55,346 bases of DNA from Patescibacteria group bacterium UBA2100 (GCA_002331185.1 DCYW01000019.1:1-55346); one strand, 5' to 3'. Shown: positions 38,268 through 48,146, counted from the first letter of the stretch. The notes: generated by a model from the letters alone, not told the origin. Made by a program: numbers and translations.

Positions 38268-38936
38268 ATGACACACACTGTACATCCATATGCCCACCGT
38301 TTAGGAGTTATTCGTGACTGGAAGTCACGATGGTTCGGCACAAATGCGAAACAATATCGCGATAATCTTCGTGTCGACACAATGGTACGTGAGTATCTCA
38401 CAAAAAGATTACGTGGGCTCTATGTAACCGCTCTTGAAATTGAACGAGGAGAAAAAGAACTTCGTTTAAATATCAAAACCTCACGTCCTGGTATGGTTAT
38501 CGGCCGCTCAGGAGAGGGCACACAGAAACTTCTTGCTGATATCACTAAGCAGCTACAAAAACTTCGTCTTGGTGACGAGATGCCAAAGGTAAAGATTGAT
38601 GTTGAAGAAGTACGTTCGCCAGAATCTCATGCTGCCATTGTTGCGTACATGGTTGCTGAAGGTCTCGAGAAGCGAATGCCACACCGACGTATTCTTAAGC
38701 AAACAGTTGAAAAGGTTATGGCCAACCGAGACGTTAAAGGAGTACGTGTTGCGCTCGCTGGACGACTTGGAGGAGCTGAAATGGCTCGTCGTGAAGAGAT
38801 CAAGCGTGGCAGGATTCCTCTGCAGACATTCAGAGCAGACATTGATTATGCAAAAGAAAAGGCGTATCTCCCATACGGCATCGTTGGAATTAAAGTGTGG
38901 GTATACCGAGGGGATATTTTCGAAGATACTAAATAG
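38268..38936 (+). CDS. rpsC: 30S ribosomal protein S3
   Basis: KH and S3-C motifs (GRLGGAEMAR). Confidence 0.95.
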   Translation: MTHTVHPYAHRLGVIRDWKSRWFGTNAKQYRDNLRVDTMVREYLTKRLRGLYVTALEIERGEKELRLNIKTSRPGMVIGRSGEGTQKLLADITKQLQKLRLGDEMPKVKIDVEEVRSPESHAAIVAYMVAEGLEKRMPHRRILKQTVEKVMANRDVKGVRVALAGRLGGAEMARREEIKRGRIPLQTFRADIDYAKEKAYLPYGIVGIKVWVYRGDIFEDTK

Positions 38937-38945
38937 ATTGAGCGT

Positions 38946-39365
38946 ATGTTATTTCCTAAAAAAGCAAAATACCGAAAGTGGCAAACTGGCCGCAAAAATG
39001 CCAAGAAGCTTACGCGTCCAGAAACACGTGGGGTAGAGGTAGCTTTTGGTGCATACGGTCTCAAGGCAATGGGGCAAGCACGTATTACCTCAAATCAAAT
39101 TGAGGCATCACGAAAGGTTATTACTCGTACTATTGGGAAGCTTGGAAAGATGTGGATTCGCATCTTTCCAGACCGACCATTTACTCAAAAAGCTGCTGAA
39201 GTAGGTATGGGAAAGGGTAAAGGTGATCCGCAAGGGTACGTGACTGACGTTCGAGCTGGACGCATTTTATTTGAAGTTGATGGTGTGTCAGAAGAAGTTG
39301 CTCGTGCTGCACTGCGTAAGGCGAGTATGAAGATGCCAATCAAAACTAAGATTGTGGTTCGATAA
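38946..39365 (+). CDS. rplP: 50S ribosomal protein L16
   Basis: MLFPKKAKYRK..MGKGKG. Confidence 0.95.
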   Translation: MLFPKKAKYRKWQTGRKNAKKLTRPETRGVEVAFGAYGLKAMGQARITSNQIEASRKVITRTIGKLGKMWIRIFPDRPFTQKAAEVGMGKGKGDPQGYVTDVRAGRILFEVDGVSEEVARAALRKASMKMPIKTKIVVR

Positions 39366-39370
39366 TTTGT

Positions 39371-39562
39371 ATGAAAGATTTAAAGAAAAAAAGCGATAAA
39401 GATTTAGAGAAGCTCGTACGTGAAAAGCGTGAAGAGTTACGGGAGTTCCGCTTTAAGAGTGCTGGCTCGCGTACACGAAATGTCCGAGAAGGACGCACTA
39501 CACGAAAAGAAATTGCACAAATTTTGACCGAACTTACTCTTCGGACTAACGTAGCTAAATAA
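39371..39562 (+). CDS. rpmC: 50S ribosomal protein L29
   Basis: 63 aa, LREFRFK pattern, operon position. Confidence 0.9.
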   Translation: MKDLKKKSDKDLEKLVREKREELREFRFKSAGSRTRNVREGRTTRKEIAQILTELTLRTNVAK

Positions 39563-39564
39563 TT

Positions 39565-39849
39565 ATGGAAGACACAAACATACAAAAAGCAGGTCTGCCT
39601 GCGCAGGCAGGAAAGACATTGCGCGGCACAGTAGTAGGTGTTGATATGAAAGATACTGCAAAAGTAGCTGTTGCTCGGTACGTAAAGCACCCTAAGTATA
39701 AAAAATTCATCAAACAAGTGAAGAAGTTCTTGGTGCATGATCCAGAAAATATTGCTTCAGTTGGGGACAAGGTGGTTATTCGTGAATCACGTCCAATATC
39801 AAAGCGTAAAAACTTTGTACTCGAGAGCAATGAAAGCGCAACTAAGTAA
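39565..39849 (+). CDS. rpsQ: 30S ribosomal protein S17
   Basis: LRGTVVG..KTAKVAV..HPKYKK. Confidence 0.93.
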   Translation: MEDTNIQKAGLPAQAGKTLRGTVVGVDMKDTAKVAVARYVKHPKYKKFIKQVKKFLVHDPENIASVGDKVVIRESRPISKRKNFVLESNESATK

Positions 39850-39854
39850 CGTAT

Positions 39855-40226
39855 ATGATTCAACCGCAAACAATAGTAAAAATAACTGATAATTCAGGAG
39901 GTAAAATAGCCCGCGTCTTCAAAGTACTCGGTGGATCAAAACGACGCTACGCACGTATTGGAGACGAAGTGGTTATTGCAGTACAGAGTGCTGAACCACG
40001 CAAACAAGTAAAGAAAAAAGATGTATTGCGCGCTGTTGTAGTTCGACAAGTACAGCCGTTTCGCCGTCGTGATGGTTCGTACATTCGCTTTGATGAAAAT
40101 GCTGTAGTTATTGTTGAGAAAGGCAAAAAAGAACCAAAGGCAAACCGCGTATTCGGTCCTATTCCTAGAGAGATTGCAGAGCGTGGTTATCAGAAAATCG
40201 TGTCGCTTGCACCGGAAGTAGTATAG
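39855..40226 (+). CDS. rplN: 50S ribosomal protein L14
   Basis: MIQPQT..DNSGGK. Confidence 0.95.
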   Translation: MIQPQTIVKITDNSGGKIARVFKVLGGSKRRYARIGDEVVIAVQSAEPRKQVKKKDVLRAVVVRQVQPFRRRDGSYIRFDENAVVIVEKGKKEPKANRVFGPIPREIAERGYQKIVSLAPEVV

Positions 40227-40235
40227 ATTTTGAAT

Positions 40236-40544
40236 ATGAAGATTAAAAAAGGAGACAAAGTAATAGTTATCGCAGGGAAAGACAAAGGAAAGTCTGGAGT
40301 AGTGCTTCGGGCACTCCCAAAAGAAGACAAGGTGATTGTTGAAGGGGTAAACGTTGCAAAGCGTCACCAAAAATCACGCCGCGGAGGAGAAAGCGGGCAG
40401 ATTATTGATAAAACACTTCCCGTACACATTTCAAATGTTGCACTAGCCGACCCTAAGGGAGGGAAGCCAACTCGTATTGGTATTGAGCGCAAAGACGGAA
40501 AGCGCGTACGAGTTGCTAAAAAGAGTGGAACAGTCATTAAATAA
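40236..40544 (+). CDS. rplX: 50S ribosomal protein L24
   Basis: [22 protein letters not shown] 40236 is preferred over the TTG at 40230. Confidence 0.93.
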   Translation: MKIKKGDKVIVIAGKDKGKSGVVLRALPKEDKVIVEGVNVAKRHQKSRRGGESGQIIDKTLPVHISNVALADPKGGKPTRIGIERKDGKRVRVAKKSGTVIK

Positions 40545-40555
40545 TTGGAAGTAAT

Positions 40556-41101
40556 ATGGAAACACTAGCTGAAAAACAAACAAATATGTTCAAAGCGCTT
40601 AAAGAGCGTTTTGGATACAAGAGCATTATGCAAACACCAAAGCTCGATAAAATCGTTATCTCTGCGAAGGTTGGCTCAATGAACGACAAAAACAAGGTCG
40701 CACTTGTCGTTGATCGTCTTGCTAAAATTACTGGACAGCAGCCAAAAGCAAACCCTGCTAAGAAATCAATTGCTACGTTCAAATTACGAGAAGGAACTAT
40801 TATTGGGTACTCTGTAACGCTTCGAGGTCAAAGAATGCGTAACTTCCTCGACAAGCTTATTCATGTTGCACTTCCTCGAACACGTGACTTCCGAGGATTA
40901 GAGGTAACTGCAATTGATGAGATGGGTAACTACACTATTGGTATTAAAGAACACACTATTTTTCCTGAGACGTCAGATGAAGATTTGCGAGACGTATTTG
41001 GTTTAGGTGTTACGCTCGTAACAACAGCAAAAACAAAAGAAGAAGCAGAAGCCTTCTTGCGAGAAATTGGACTTCCGCTAAAGAAAAAAACAGCAGAATA
41101 A
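40556..41101 (+). CDS. rplE: 50S ribosomal protein L5
   Basis: Conserved L5 sequence. Confidence 0.95.
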   Translation: METLAEKQTNMFKALKERFGYKSIMQTPKLDKIVISAKVGSMNDKNKVALVVDRLAKITGQQPKANPAKKSIATFKLREGTIIGYSVTLRGQRMRNFLDKLIHVALPRTRDFRGLEVTAIDEMGNYTIGIKEHTIFPETSDEDLRDVFGLGVTLVTTAKTKEEAEAFLREIGLPLKKKTAE

Positions 41102-41252
41102 ACAAAAAAATCGACCCTTAGGGTTAGTTTTTCGCATTTACGTAGATATCTACGTAGGTACATGATTATTACATTTAGAACGTTACACCATCAGAATGCA
41201 CGCATTCCGGGCTTAACTATTATTGTACACATAAATATTCTGACCAGTTTTA

Positions 41253-41281
41253 TTGACTTTACTTAGTGCCTCAGGTACTAT
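41253..41281 (+). promoter_or_regulatory. Candidate promoter (TTGACT-17-TACTAT) inside the rplE-rpsN gap
   Basis: Near-consensus hexamers with 17-nt spacing; it would give an about 280-nt leader before rpsN. Confidence 0.45.
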
Positions 41282-41565
41282 GCTCGCACCTGAAGAAGGT
41301 CACAGTTTCATGCGTGCAAGAAGGATTGCACAAAACACAGCTACAAAGTTTCTTTGTAGAGAGCATGAGCGACCTTTAATCAAAGGTCAATATTTAAATT
41401 AAGGAACAGAGTTTTACAAAGTAAAACGACAATTCCGAATTTATGCCGCACCACACCGGAGTACTTCCATTCTTTCTATGCACTTCGTGCGAGAAAAATT
41501 GGTCGCGCACTTCGTGACGTTTAGGAACGTTAGTGCAGCCGGCTAAAAAGGACATATCAATACTT

Positions 41566-41751
41566 ATGGCAAAGAAATCAATGATTGCACGAGCACAAAA
41601 GGCACCGAAATTCCTTTCGCGTGTTGTTCGTCGTTGTTTCAAGTGTGGACGCCCCCGAGGCTACATGCGCGCCTTCGACCTGTGTCGTATCTGTTTTCGC
41701 GAAGAAGCATTAGAAGGACACATCCCAGGAATTAAAAAATCATCATGGTAG
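41566..41751 (+). CDS. rpsN: 30S ribosomal protein S14 type Z (zinc-binding)
   Basis: 61 aa with [16 protein letters not shown] (CxxC..CxxC); start at ATG 41566. Confidence 0.93.
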   Translation: MAKKSMIARAQKAPKFLSRVVRRCFKCGRPRGYMRAFDLCRICFREEALEGHIPGIKKSSW

Positions 41752-42140
41752 GCGACCCAATCGGAGACTTTATAGTGCGTTTAAAGAACGCAGGCGCAGT
41801 AAAGCACAAAGGTGTGGCTCTTCCTCATTCTAAAATGAAGATGGCGGTAGCCGAGGTTCTTAAGGATGCTGGATTCCTCAAGTCTGTTGAGAAGCAAGGA
41901 AAAAAGATTCGAAAAACTATTCACGTTGAACTGATGTACAAAGAAGATGGAACACCACGTATTACAGAAGTGAAGCGTGTTTCAAAGCCAGGACGTCGCG
42001 TATACAAAGGGGCAGACGAAATTTTCCCTGTTCGATATGGAAAAGGAATGTTGGTACTTTCAACTCCCAAAGGCATTTTGACAGACTCACAGGCACAAAA
42101 GGAACGAGTTGGAGGAGAGGCGTTATTTGAAATTTGGTAA
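41745..42140 (+). CDS. rpsH: 30S ribosomal protein S8
   Basis: [13 protein letters not shown]..; 7-nt overlap with rpsN. Confidence 0.94.
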   Translation: MVGDPIGDFIVRLKNAGAVKHKGVALPHSKMKMAVAEVLKDAGFLKSVEKQGKKIRKTIHVELMYKEDGTPRITEVKRVSKPGRRVYKGADEIFPVRYGKGMLVLSTPKGILTDSQAQKERVGGEALFEIW

Positions 42141-42141
42141 T

Positions 42142-42678
42142 ATGAGTCGAATTGGTAAACAAGCTATTGTTATTCCTGCGGGAACTGAAGTATCTGTTAC
42201 AGATAATGTTATTTCAGTGAGGGGTAAAGGCGGGGAGCTGCAAAAAAAACTTCACGATGATGTTTCTATCGTTGTTAAAGGGGATTCAGTTATTGTCACT
42301 CCTAAAAATGAAACACGAACAGCTCAAGCGCTGTGGGGAACATTCTCTTCTCACATGAAAAATATGATTGATGGTGTGAATACACCGTTCGAAAAAAAGC
42401 TTATTGTAGAAGGGGTTGGTTTCAAGGTTGATCTTAACGGTTCAAAGCTTGTGCTCAATATTGGTTTTTCACACCCAGTAGAAATGACTGTTCCTGAAAA
42501 CATAGACGTTTCTGTTGAAAAGAACGAAATAACGATTAAAGGAGCAAACAAAGAAGCGGTCGGACAGTTTGCCGCAGATGTACGTGCAAACAAGAAGCCA
42601 GAACCATATAAAGGTAAAGGGGTTCGTTATAGCGATGAAGTGGTTCGTCGAAAAGAAGGTAAGCGCGCAACCGCATAG
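42142..42678 (+). CDS. rplF: 50S ribosomal protein L6
   Basis: MSRIGKQAIVIP..; start at ATG 42142. Confidence 0.94.
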   Translation: MSRIGKQAIVIPAGTEVSVTDNVISVRGKGGELQKKLHDDVSIVVKGDSVIVTPKNETRTAQALWGTFSSHMKNMIDGVNTPFEKKLIVEGVGFKVDLNGSKLVLNIGFSHPVEMTVPENIDVSVEKNEITIKGANKEAVGQFAADVRANKKPEPYKGKGVRYSDEVVRRKEGKRATA

Positions 42679-42691
42679 AGCATAATTACGT

Positions 42692-43039
42692 ATGGATACT
42701 CAAATTAAAACATTACGACGAACACGACGAAAGAATCGCATCCGAGCGAAGGTTGTAGGAACTGCAGCTCGTCCGCGTCTTGCAATGTACCGCTCAAATC
42801 GACAGGTTACTGCACAACTTATTGATGATGAAGCAAACGTTACCATTGCTTCAGTAAGCACAGCGACTCAAAAAGGAGACACTCCAAAGGAAAAATGTGT
42901 TGCAGCAGCTGGCGCATTAGCAGCAGCAGCAAAAGCAAAAAAGGTTACTTCGGTAGTTTTTGACCGCGGAGGGTATTTGTACACTGGTAACATTAAAGTC
43001 TTTGCCGATGCGGCGCGTGAGGCAGGCCTGACATTTTAA
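42692..43039 (+). CDS. rplR: 50S ribosomal protein L18
   Basis: Sequence and operon position. Confidence 0.93.
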   Translation: MDTQIKTLRRTRRKNRIRAKVVGTAARPRLAMYRSNRQVTAQLIDDEANVTIASVSTATQKGDTPKEKCVAAAGALAAAAKAKKVTSVVFDRGGYLYTGNIKVFADAAREAGLTF

Positions 43040-43044
43040 ATAGT

Positions 43045-43671
43045 ATGACTGACGAGATAAAAAAAACAGAAGAGGGTGAAGTAGCGGTTGCAACAACTGA
43101 CGCAGCACCACAAAAAGCTCAAGATACAAAAACTGGAATGCTAACAGCGCGCACTGGAGGAAGTCGTACCGGACGAGGAAGTCGTGGATCACAGCGTAGT
43201 GGTGGACGTAACTCACAACGTGGAGATCGAGGAGACAGAACTCCAGAATTCGCACAAAAGATTATCGGTATTCGCCGAGTAACTCGTGTTATGGGTGGAG
43301 GTCGCCGATTTAGTTTTTCTGTGGCTATGGTTATAGGAGACAAGAAGGGACGTGTTGGTGTTGGTACTGGTAAAGCAGGAGATACTGCATTGGCAATCGA
43401 AAAGGCTATACGAAATGCGAAGAAAAACATGATTACTATTCCACGTACTGAAACAAACAGCCTCCCACATAATACAGAGGCAAAATATGGATCCACAGTA
43501 ATCGAAATTCGTCCCGCGCAGGGTCGCGGACTCGTAGCAGGGGCTTCTGTTCGAACAGTGCTTGAGCTTGGTGGGGTAACAGATGTTACGACGAAGATTC
43601 TTTCACGAAGTAAAAATAAGACAAACATCGCTCGTGCTGCAGTAGTTGCACTACAGAAACTAGAAAAATAG
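43045..43671 (+). CDS. rpsE: 30S ribosomal protein S5 with RG-rich N-terminal extension
   Basis: S5 core from ..KIIGIRRVTRVMGGGRRFSF, preceded by about 60 aa rich in R/G/S. Confidence 0.94.
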   Translation: MTDEIKKTEEGEVAVATTDAAPQKAQDTKTGMLTARTGGSRTGRGSRGSQRSGGRNSQRGDRGDRTPEFAQKIIGIRRVTRVMGGGRRFSFSVAMVIGDKKGRVGVGTGKAGDTALAIEKAIRNAKKNMITIPRTETNSLPHNTEAKYGSTVIEIRPAQGRGLVAGASVRTVLELGGVTDVTTKILSRSKNKTNIARAAVVALQKLEK

Positions 43672-43675
43672 GAAT

Positions 43676-44131
43676 ATGACTGGATTACATTCACTTACAA
43701 AAAGCGCAAGCCAAAAAACAAAGCAACGAATCGGTCGTGGTGGTAAACGTGGTAAAACAAGTGGTCACGGACACAAGGGACAAAAGCAGCACGGACGCCA
43801 TGGTATTCGACCGGAGATGCGTGACATGATCAAGAAGTTTCCAAAGTTGCGCGGGCACGGTATCAACCGTTCTCGTACTGTAAACAGTAATCGTGTTTCT
43901 AATACTCCCGTGAACCTTTCACAGCTTGAAGAAGCATTTACAGCAGGAGAGACAGTAACACCAACGACGTTGGTAGAAAAGAAAGTGATTTCAAATCGAG
44001 CAGGAAAAGCACCTCAGGTAAAGATTCTTGCACGAGGCACACTTTCTAAAAAACTTACAATCGAACATTGCACCGCTTCTGAAACAGCGCTGAAGGCAAT
44101 TGAAGCTGCAGGGGGGAGCATAAAAGCCTAA
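43676..44131 (+). CDS. rplO: 50S ribosomal protein L15
   Basis: GRGGKRGKTSGHGHKGQK pattern, immediately after rpsE. Confidence 0.94.
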   Translation: MTGLHSLTKSASQKTKQRIGRGGKRGKTSGHGHKGQKQHGRHGIRPEMRDMIKKFPKLRGHGINRSRTVNSNRVSNTPVNLSQLEEAFTAGETVTPTTLVEKKVISNRAGKAPQVKILARGTLSKKLTIEHCTASETALKAIEAAGGSIKA

Positions 44132-44137
44132 CCGCGT

Positions 44138-45412
44138 ATGATTGGAGTATTTTTCCAAAAATTAAAACTTGTAATCAGAGATGAATCGCTACGAAATCGC
44201 GTACTATTTATGCTTGGTGCGCTTATCCTCTTTCGTATACTTGCGACTATTCCGATTCCGGGAGTTGACATTGCTCGTCTTGATCAATTTTTCGCAAACA
44301 ACCAATTCTTAGGACTGCTCAACATCTTCTCAGGAGGTGGGCTTTCTAACCTTTCGATCGTGATGCTTGGGGTAGGGCCATTTATTACTGCATCAATCAT
44401 AATGCAGCTGCTTACTGTGCTTTCACCAAAAATGAAGGCAATGTATCAAGAAGAAGGAGAGGCGGGACGCATCAAGTTCACTCAGTGGTCACGATATCTT
44501 ACTGTTCCTCTTGCGTTTATGCAGGGGTTTGCATTTTTGACGCTTTTGCAACAAAACGGTATCGTACCTCCGTTGGAATTCGCTGCCATGATGACGAACG
44601 TTATGGTTATCGCAACAGGGTCACTTCTTCTTATGTGGCTTGGAGAACTTATCACCGAATTTGGTATCGGAAACGGAGTTTCGTTGATTATTTTTGCGGG
44701 CATCGTTGCAACTTTACCAAGTACAGTAAGTCAACTTATTTTCACATTTGATATTTCACAAATACCATTGTACTTAGGATTTGCTGCTGCTGCTGTTGCA
44801 GTGGTTGCTGGAGTAGTCTTTATTACTGAGGCGGAGAGACCTATCCCTATCACCTACGCACGGCAGACTCGTGGTGCAAAACAATCAGGTGGTATTTCTA
44901 CCTATTTACCGCTACGAGTAAACCAAGCAGGTGTTATCCCAATCATTTTTGCACTTTCAATTCTTCTGTTCCCACAGGTGCTCGCAGCATTTTTTGTGAA
45001 TAGTGCATTCCCAATTATTGTAACTATTGCAACAGCAATCACAAACGGACTTGCAAACCAGATGATTTATGGAAGTCTCTACTTTGCTATGGTCTTCTTC
45101 TTTACCTATTTCTACACTGCAATGACATTTGACCCAAATCGAATTGCTGACAACCTTCAAAAAAGTGGTGCATTTATCCCAGGAGTTCGACCAGGAAACC
45201 ATACGTCAGAACACGTAGGAAACATTTTGACTCGGATTACACTTGTCGGCGCACTTTTCCTTGGTGGTATTGCCGTCCTTCCTATCATTATGCAAGGAAT
45301 TACTGGTATTACGACACTAACTATTGGAGGAACCGCACTGCTTATCGCTGTATCTGTAGTGCTTGATATCGTAAAACGAATTGAGGCCCAGGTTTCTGTT
45401 CGCGAATACTAA
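44138..45412 (+). CDS. secY: Preprotein translocase subunit SecY
   Basis: 10-TM SecY pattern and operon position. Confidence 0.95.
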   Translation: MIGVFFQKLKLVIRDESLRNRVLFMLGALILFRILATIPIPGVDIARLDQFFANNQFLGLLNIFSGGGLSNLSIVMLGVGPFITASIIMQLLTVLSPKMKAMYQEEGEAGRIKFTQWSRYLTVPLAFMQGFAFLTLLQQNGIVPPLEFAAMMTNVMVIATGSLLLMWLGELITEFGIGNGVSLIIFAGIVATLPSTVSQLIFTFDISQIPLYLGFAAAAVAVVAGVVFITEAERPIPITYARQTRGAKQSGGISTYLPLRVNQAGVIPIIFALSILLFPQVLAAFFVNSAFPIIVTIATAITNGLANQMIYGSLYFAMVFFFTYFYTAMTFDPNRIADNLQKSGAFIPGVRPGNHTSEHVGNILTRITLVGALFLGGIAVLPIIMQGITGITTLTIGGTALLIAVSVVLDIVKRIEAQVSVREY

Positions 45413-45428
45413 TTTCTTTTAGCTTTTT

Positions 45429-45462
45429 CAAAACACCTCACTGCCTTCAGGGAGGAGTTTTG
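45429..45462 (+). terminator. Imperfect hairpin after secY
   Basis: caaaacacctc/gaggagttttg with one mismatch. Confidence 0.4.
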
Positions 45463-45532
45463 AATTACGTAGAGATGTGGTGTAGCAAAAAACAAGACTG
45501 GATTCTAGCGTTTGCTTTGGTACACTCTTTGC

Positions 45533-46123
45533 ATGTATGGAAAGAAACAAGTCTTGGTTATTGCAGGACCTACCGCAAGTGGAGAGAGCACGTTTACTCA
45601 CGAACTCATAGATTCTTTTGAGAACTTTACAAAACTTGTTTCAGCAACGACCCGTAAACCACGGCTCAATGAACAGCATGGTATCGATTATTATTTCTTT
45701 ACTAAAGATAAGTTTTTTAAGGAAGTTGAAGCAGGTAACATTATTGAGCACACACACGTAGCAAACAGAGATGCCTATTACGGTTCGTACAAACCAGATC
45801 TCGATGCGAAGCTCGTTAAACATCTTAATGTTATAGTAAACACTGATCCGAGAGGTGCTCAGTTTTTTAAAGATAATTACGGGGCAACAACAATTTTTTT
45901 GCAACCAAAATCTTTAGAGGTTCTCGAAGAGAGACTGCGACGTCGTGATCCAGATATTACAGAAGAAGAAGTGCACAAGCGCGTGTTGAGCGCCAAAAAA
46001 GAAATAGAAGAGGCACAGGGGCGATTCGATTATATGGTATGGAACACAGACGGAGAGTTTGCTGATACATTATTTGATGTGGTTGAGATTTTGAAGCAAG
46101 AAGGCTACAGTATTCCCGAATAA
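45533..46123 (+). CDS. Guanylate kinase family protein (divergent paralog)
   Basis: P-loop GPTASGEST, TTRKPRLNEQHGIDYYF; start at ATG 45533. Confidence 0.75.
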   Translation: MYGKKQVLVIAGPTASGESTFTHELIDSFENFTKLVSATTRKPRLNEQHGIDYYFFTKDKFFKEVEAGNIIEHTHVANRDAYYGSYKPDLDAKLVKHLNVIVNTDPRGAQFFKDNYGATTIFLQPKSLEVLEERLRRRDPDITEEEVHKRVLSAKKEIEEAQGRFDYMVWNTDGEFADTLFDVVEILKQEGYSIPE

Positions 46124-46128
46124 CCAAT

Positions 46129-46698
46129 ATGCAATTGAATAATATAGTAATTATTTCTGGACCTTCGGGGGTAGGCGAAGACTCTGTTATTGAAGGCCTG
46201 CGCACTACTACAGCTATTAATCGCGTGGTCACTACAACAACTCGCGCACCTCGAAAAGAAGAAAAAGAAGGTCATCCATACTCTTTTATTTCCAAAGAAG
46301 AGTTTGAACAGAAAATAAAAGATGGAGAAATGGTTGAATGGGCTAAGCAATATAATGGAAATTTCTACGGAGTAACAAAAGAAGAGTTGCAACGCGTTAA
46401 CGATTTAGAAGGAGTGGGTGTGTGGAAGATTGAGTATCAAGGCGTTATTACGGCCAAGAAGTTGTTTCCAGAAATTAAGGCGATTTTGCTTTCGGCAGAA
46501 TCATTAGAGGTCCTTGAAGAGCGCATACGTAGTCGTGGCGAAGTGTCGGACAAATTTGTTGCTGAACGTATACAATATACGCAAGAATGGCTCAAACACG
46601 TTGATATATACGATTATACGGTTATTAATAAACAGGGGTTGTTACGCGAGACCATACAGGAGGTCGTGGACATTCTTCGTAAAGAACAGTATCTTTAA
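46129..46698 (+). CDS. gmk: Guanylate kinase
   Basis: GPSGVGEDS, TTTTRAPRKEEKEGHPYSF, NFYGV. Confidence 0.8.
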   Translation: MQLNNIVIISGPSGVGEDSVIEGLRTTTAINRVVTTTTRAPRKEEKEGHPYSFISKEEFEQKIKDGEMVEWAKQYNGNFYGVTKEELQRVNDLEGVGVWKIEYQGVITAKKLFPEIKAILLSAESLEVLEERIRSRGEVSDKFVAERIQYTQEWLKHVDIYDYTVINKQGLLRETIQEVVDILRKEQYL

Positions 46699-46705
46699 GG
46701 GCGTT

Positions 46706-47302
46706 ATGAATGAAACAAAGGCAAAGACAGTTCTCTTTTTTGGGCCATCAGGTGCAGGAAAAGGAACGCAGGTGGAACTATTAAAGGAGCATCTTAAGAA
46801 GCAGTCAGAGAGGAAAATGGTATACATTGAAATGGGTGGATTGCTGCGCGGAATGGTTGCCCGTGGTGACCTAACTGGAAAACTCACAAATGAAATTATT
46901 TCAAATGGTAGGCTGATGCCGAGTTTTATGCCCATTTATTTAATGACGCAGTATCTTGTCGATCATTTTACTGGACAAGAACATATCGTTGCTGACGGAG
47001 TTACTCGGCGTGAAGGGCAGGCGCGTGCCTTTGATGATGCAATGGTATTTTACGGTCGAGAAGACTACGAAGTTGTTTCAATTGAGCTTTCTTCTGAAAA
47101 AATAATCGAACGACTGCTTGCCCGAGGTCGCAATGATGATTCTGAAGAAAAAATACAACGAAGAATTGATTGGTATAATAAAGATGTACTTCCTGCACTT
47201 GGGGTTATGGAAGGGCGCGGACGAACTATTCATCGAATTGATGGGGCTCCAGAAGTTGAGGAAGTACACCAAGAGATTTTAAAGGCATTGGAACTTACAT
47301 GA
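46706..47302 (+). CDS. adk: Adenylate kinase
   Basis: FFGPSGAGKGTQ P-loop; start at ATG 46706 (the ORF-track start lies inside gmk). Confidence 0.9.
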   Translation: MNETKAKTVLFFGPSGAGKGTQVELLKEHLKKQSERKMVYIEMGGLLRGMVARGDLTGKLTNEIISNGRLMPSFMPIYLMTQYLVDHFTGQEHIVADGVTRREGQARAFDDAMVFYGREDYEVVSIELSSEKIIERLLARGRNDDSEEKIQRRIDWYNKDVLPALGVMEGRGRTIHRIDGAPEVEEVHQEILKALELT

Positions 47303-48048
47303 TTCTTCGAACAGAAACAGATCGAGATAACTTACGCGAAGGAGGGCGACGCCTTGCTACTATTTTACACCAGGCTTCAGAAAAAGCGGCTGCAGGTATA
47401 ACGTTAAAGGAGATAGACGCATACATACTGTCGCTTATTGAAGAGTATGGTAATACGCCGTCGTTTACTGGGTATGGAGACCCACCGTTCTCTGGAGTAT
47501 TTTGCTTGTCAGTAAATGACGGAATCGTACATGGCATTGCAAATGATTACGAACTCATTGAGGGTGATGTATTAAAAATTGATGGAGGAATTTGGCATGA
47601 AGGTTTGTGCACCGATTCGGCAATCACTGTAGGTATTGGGACTATCGCAAAAGAAGACCAAGAACTTATATGGGCAACGAAAGAAGCGCTTGATGCACAA
47701 ATTGCTGTAGCAGTAGCAGGGAACACCATAGGAGATATCGGGCATGCTGCTGAAGCGATTGCAAAGAAACACGGATATGGCTATCCAAAAGAGCTCGGAG
47801 GTCATGGAGTTGGTTTGAAAGTGCACGAACCTCCCTTTATTGCCAACTATGGAAAGAAGGGGAGAGGCGAAGTGTTAAAAGAAGGTGACGTACTCGCGCT
47901 TGAGCCAATGTTTTCCCGAGGATCCGGGAAAATACGTCTTGCAAATGATGGGTGGCTCTACTCCATGGTAGATGGCTCACAAAGCGCACACTTCGAACAC
48001 ACTGTTATCGTGGGCGAAACAGAGGCAGAAGTAGTCACACAAGTGTAA
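47299..48048 (+). CDS. map: Methionine aminopeptidase type I
   Basis: Metal-ligand pattern (D..D..H..E..E: KIDGG.., GHGVG, LEPM, FEHTV). Confidence 0.92.
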   Translation: MILRTETDRDNLREGGRRLATILHQASEKAAAGITLKEIDAYILSLIEEYGNTPSFTGYGDPPFSGVFCLSVNDGIVHGIANDYELIEGDVLKIDGGIWHEGLCTDSAITVGIGTIAKEDQELIWATKEALDAQIAVAVAGNTIGDIGHAAEAIAKKHGYGYPKELGGHGVGLKVHEPPFIANYGKKGRGEVLKEGDVLALEPMFSRGSGKIRLANDGWLYSMVDGSQSAHFEHTVIVGETEAEVVTQV

Positions 48049-48146
48049 TACGAGGTTGTAATGATTAAGCGAGTTAGAGTTTATTTATTTCTCGCAGAAT
48101 TGAACCTTAATATGATTAATTTTTTTACTAGACTGGGGCTAGATAG

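Noticed and set aside
41280-41402. A 40-aa ORF (MLAPEEGHSFMRARRIAQNTATKFLCREHERPLIKGQYLN) in the rplE-rpsN gap, considered as a missing small ribosomal protein.
   Set aside because: Its ATG lies inside the predicted -10 hexamer, it has no SD, and it does not resemble L36, L30 or other small r-proteins.
46514-46705. ORF-track N-terminal extensions. Examples are adk starting inside gmk, and similar extensions for clpP, tig, rpsL, rpsS, rpsN, rplF, HIT, rpmB and pilB.
   Set aside because: The extensions overlap upstream genes or are non-homologous. Internal ATGs give the conserved N-termini, so the coordinates were trimmed.
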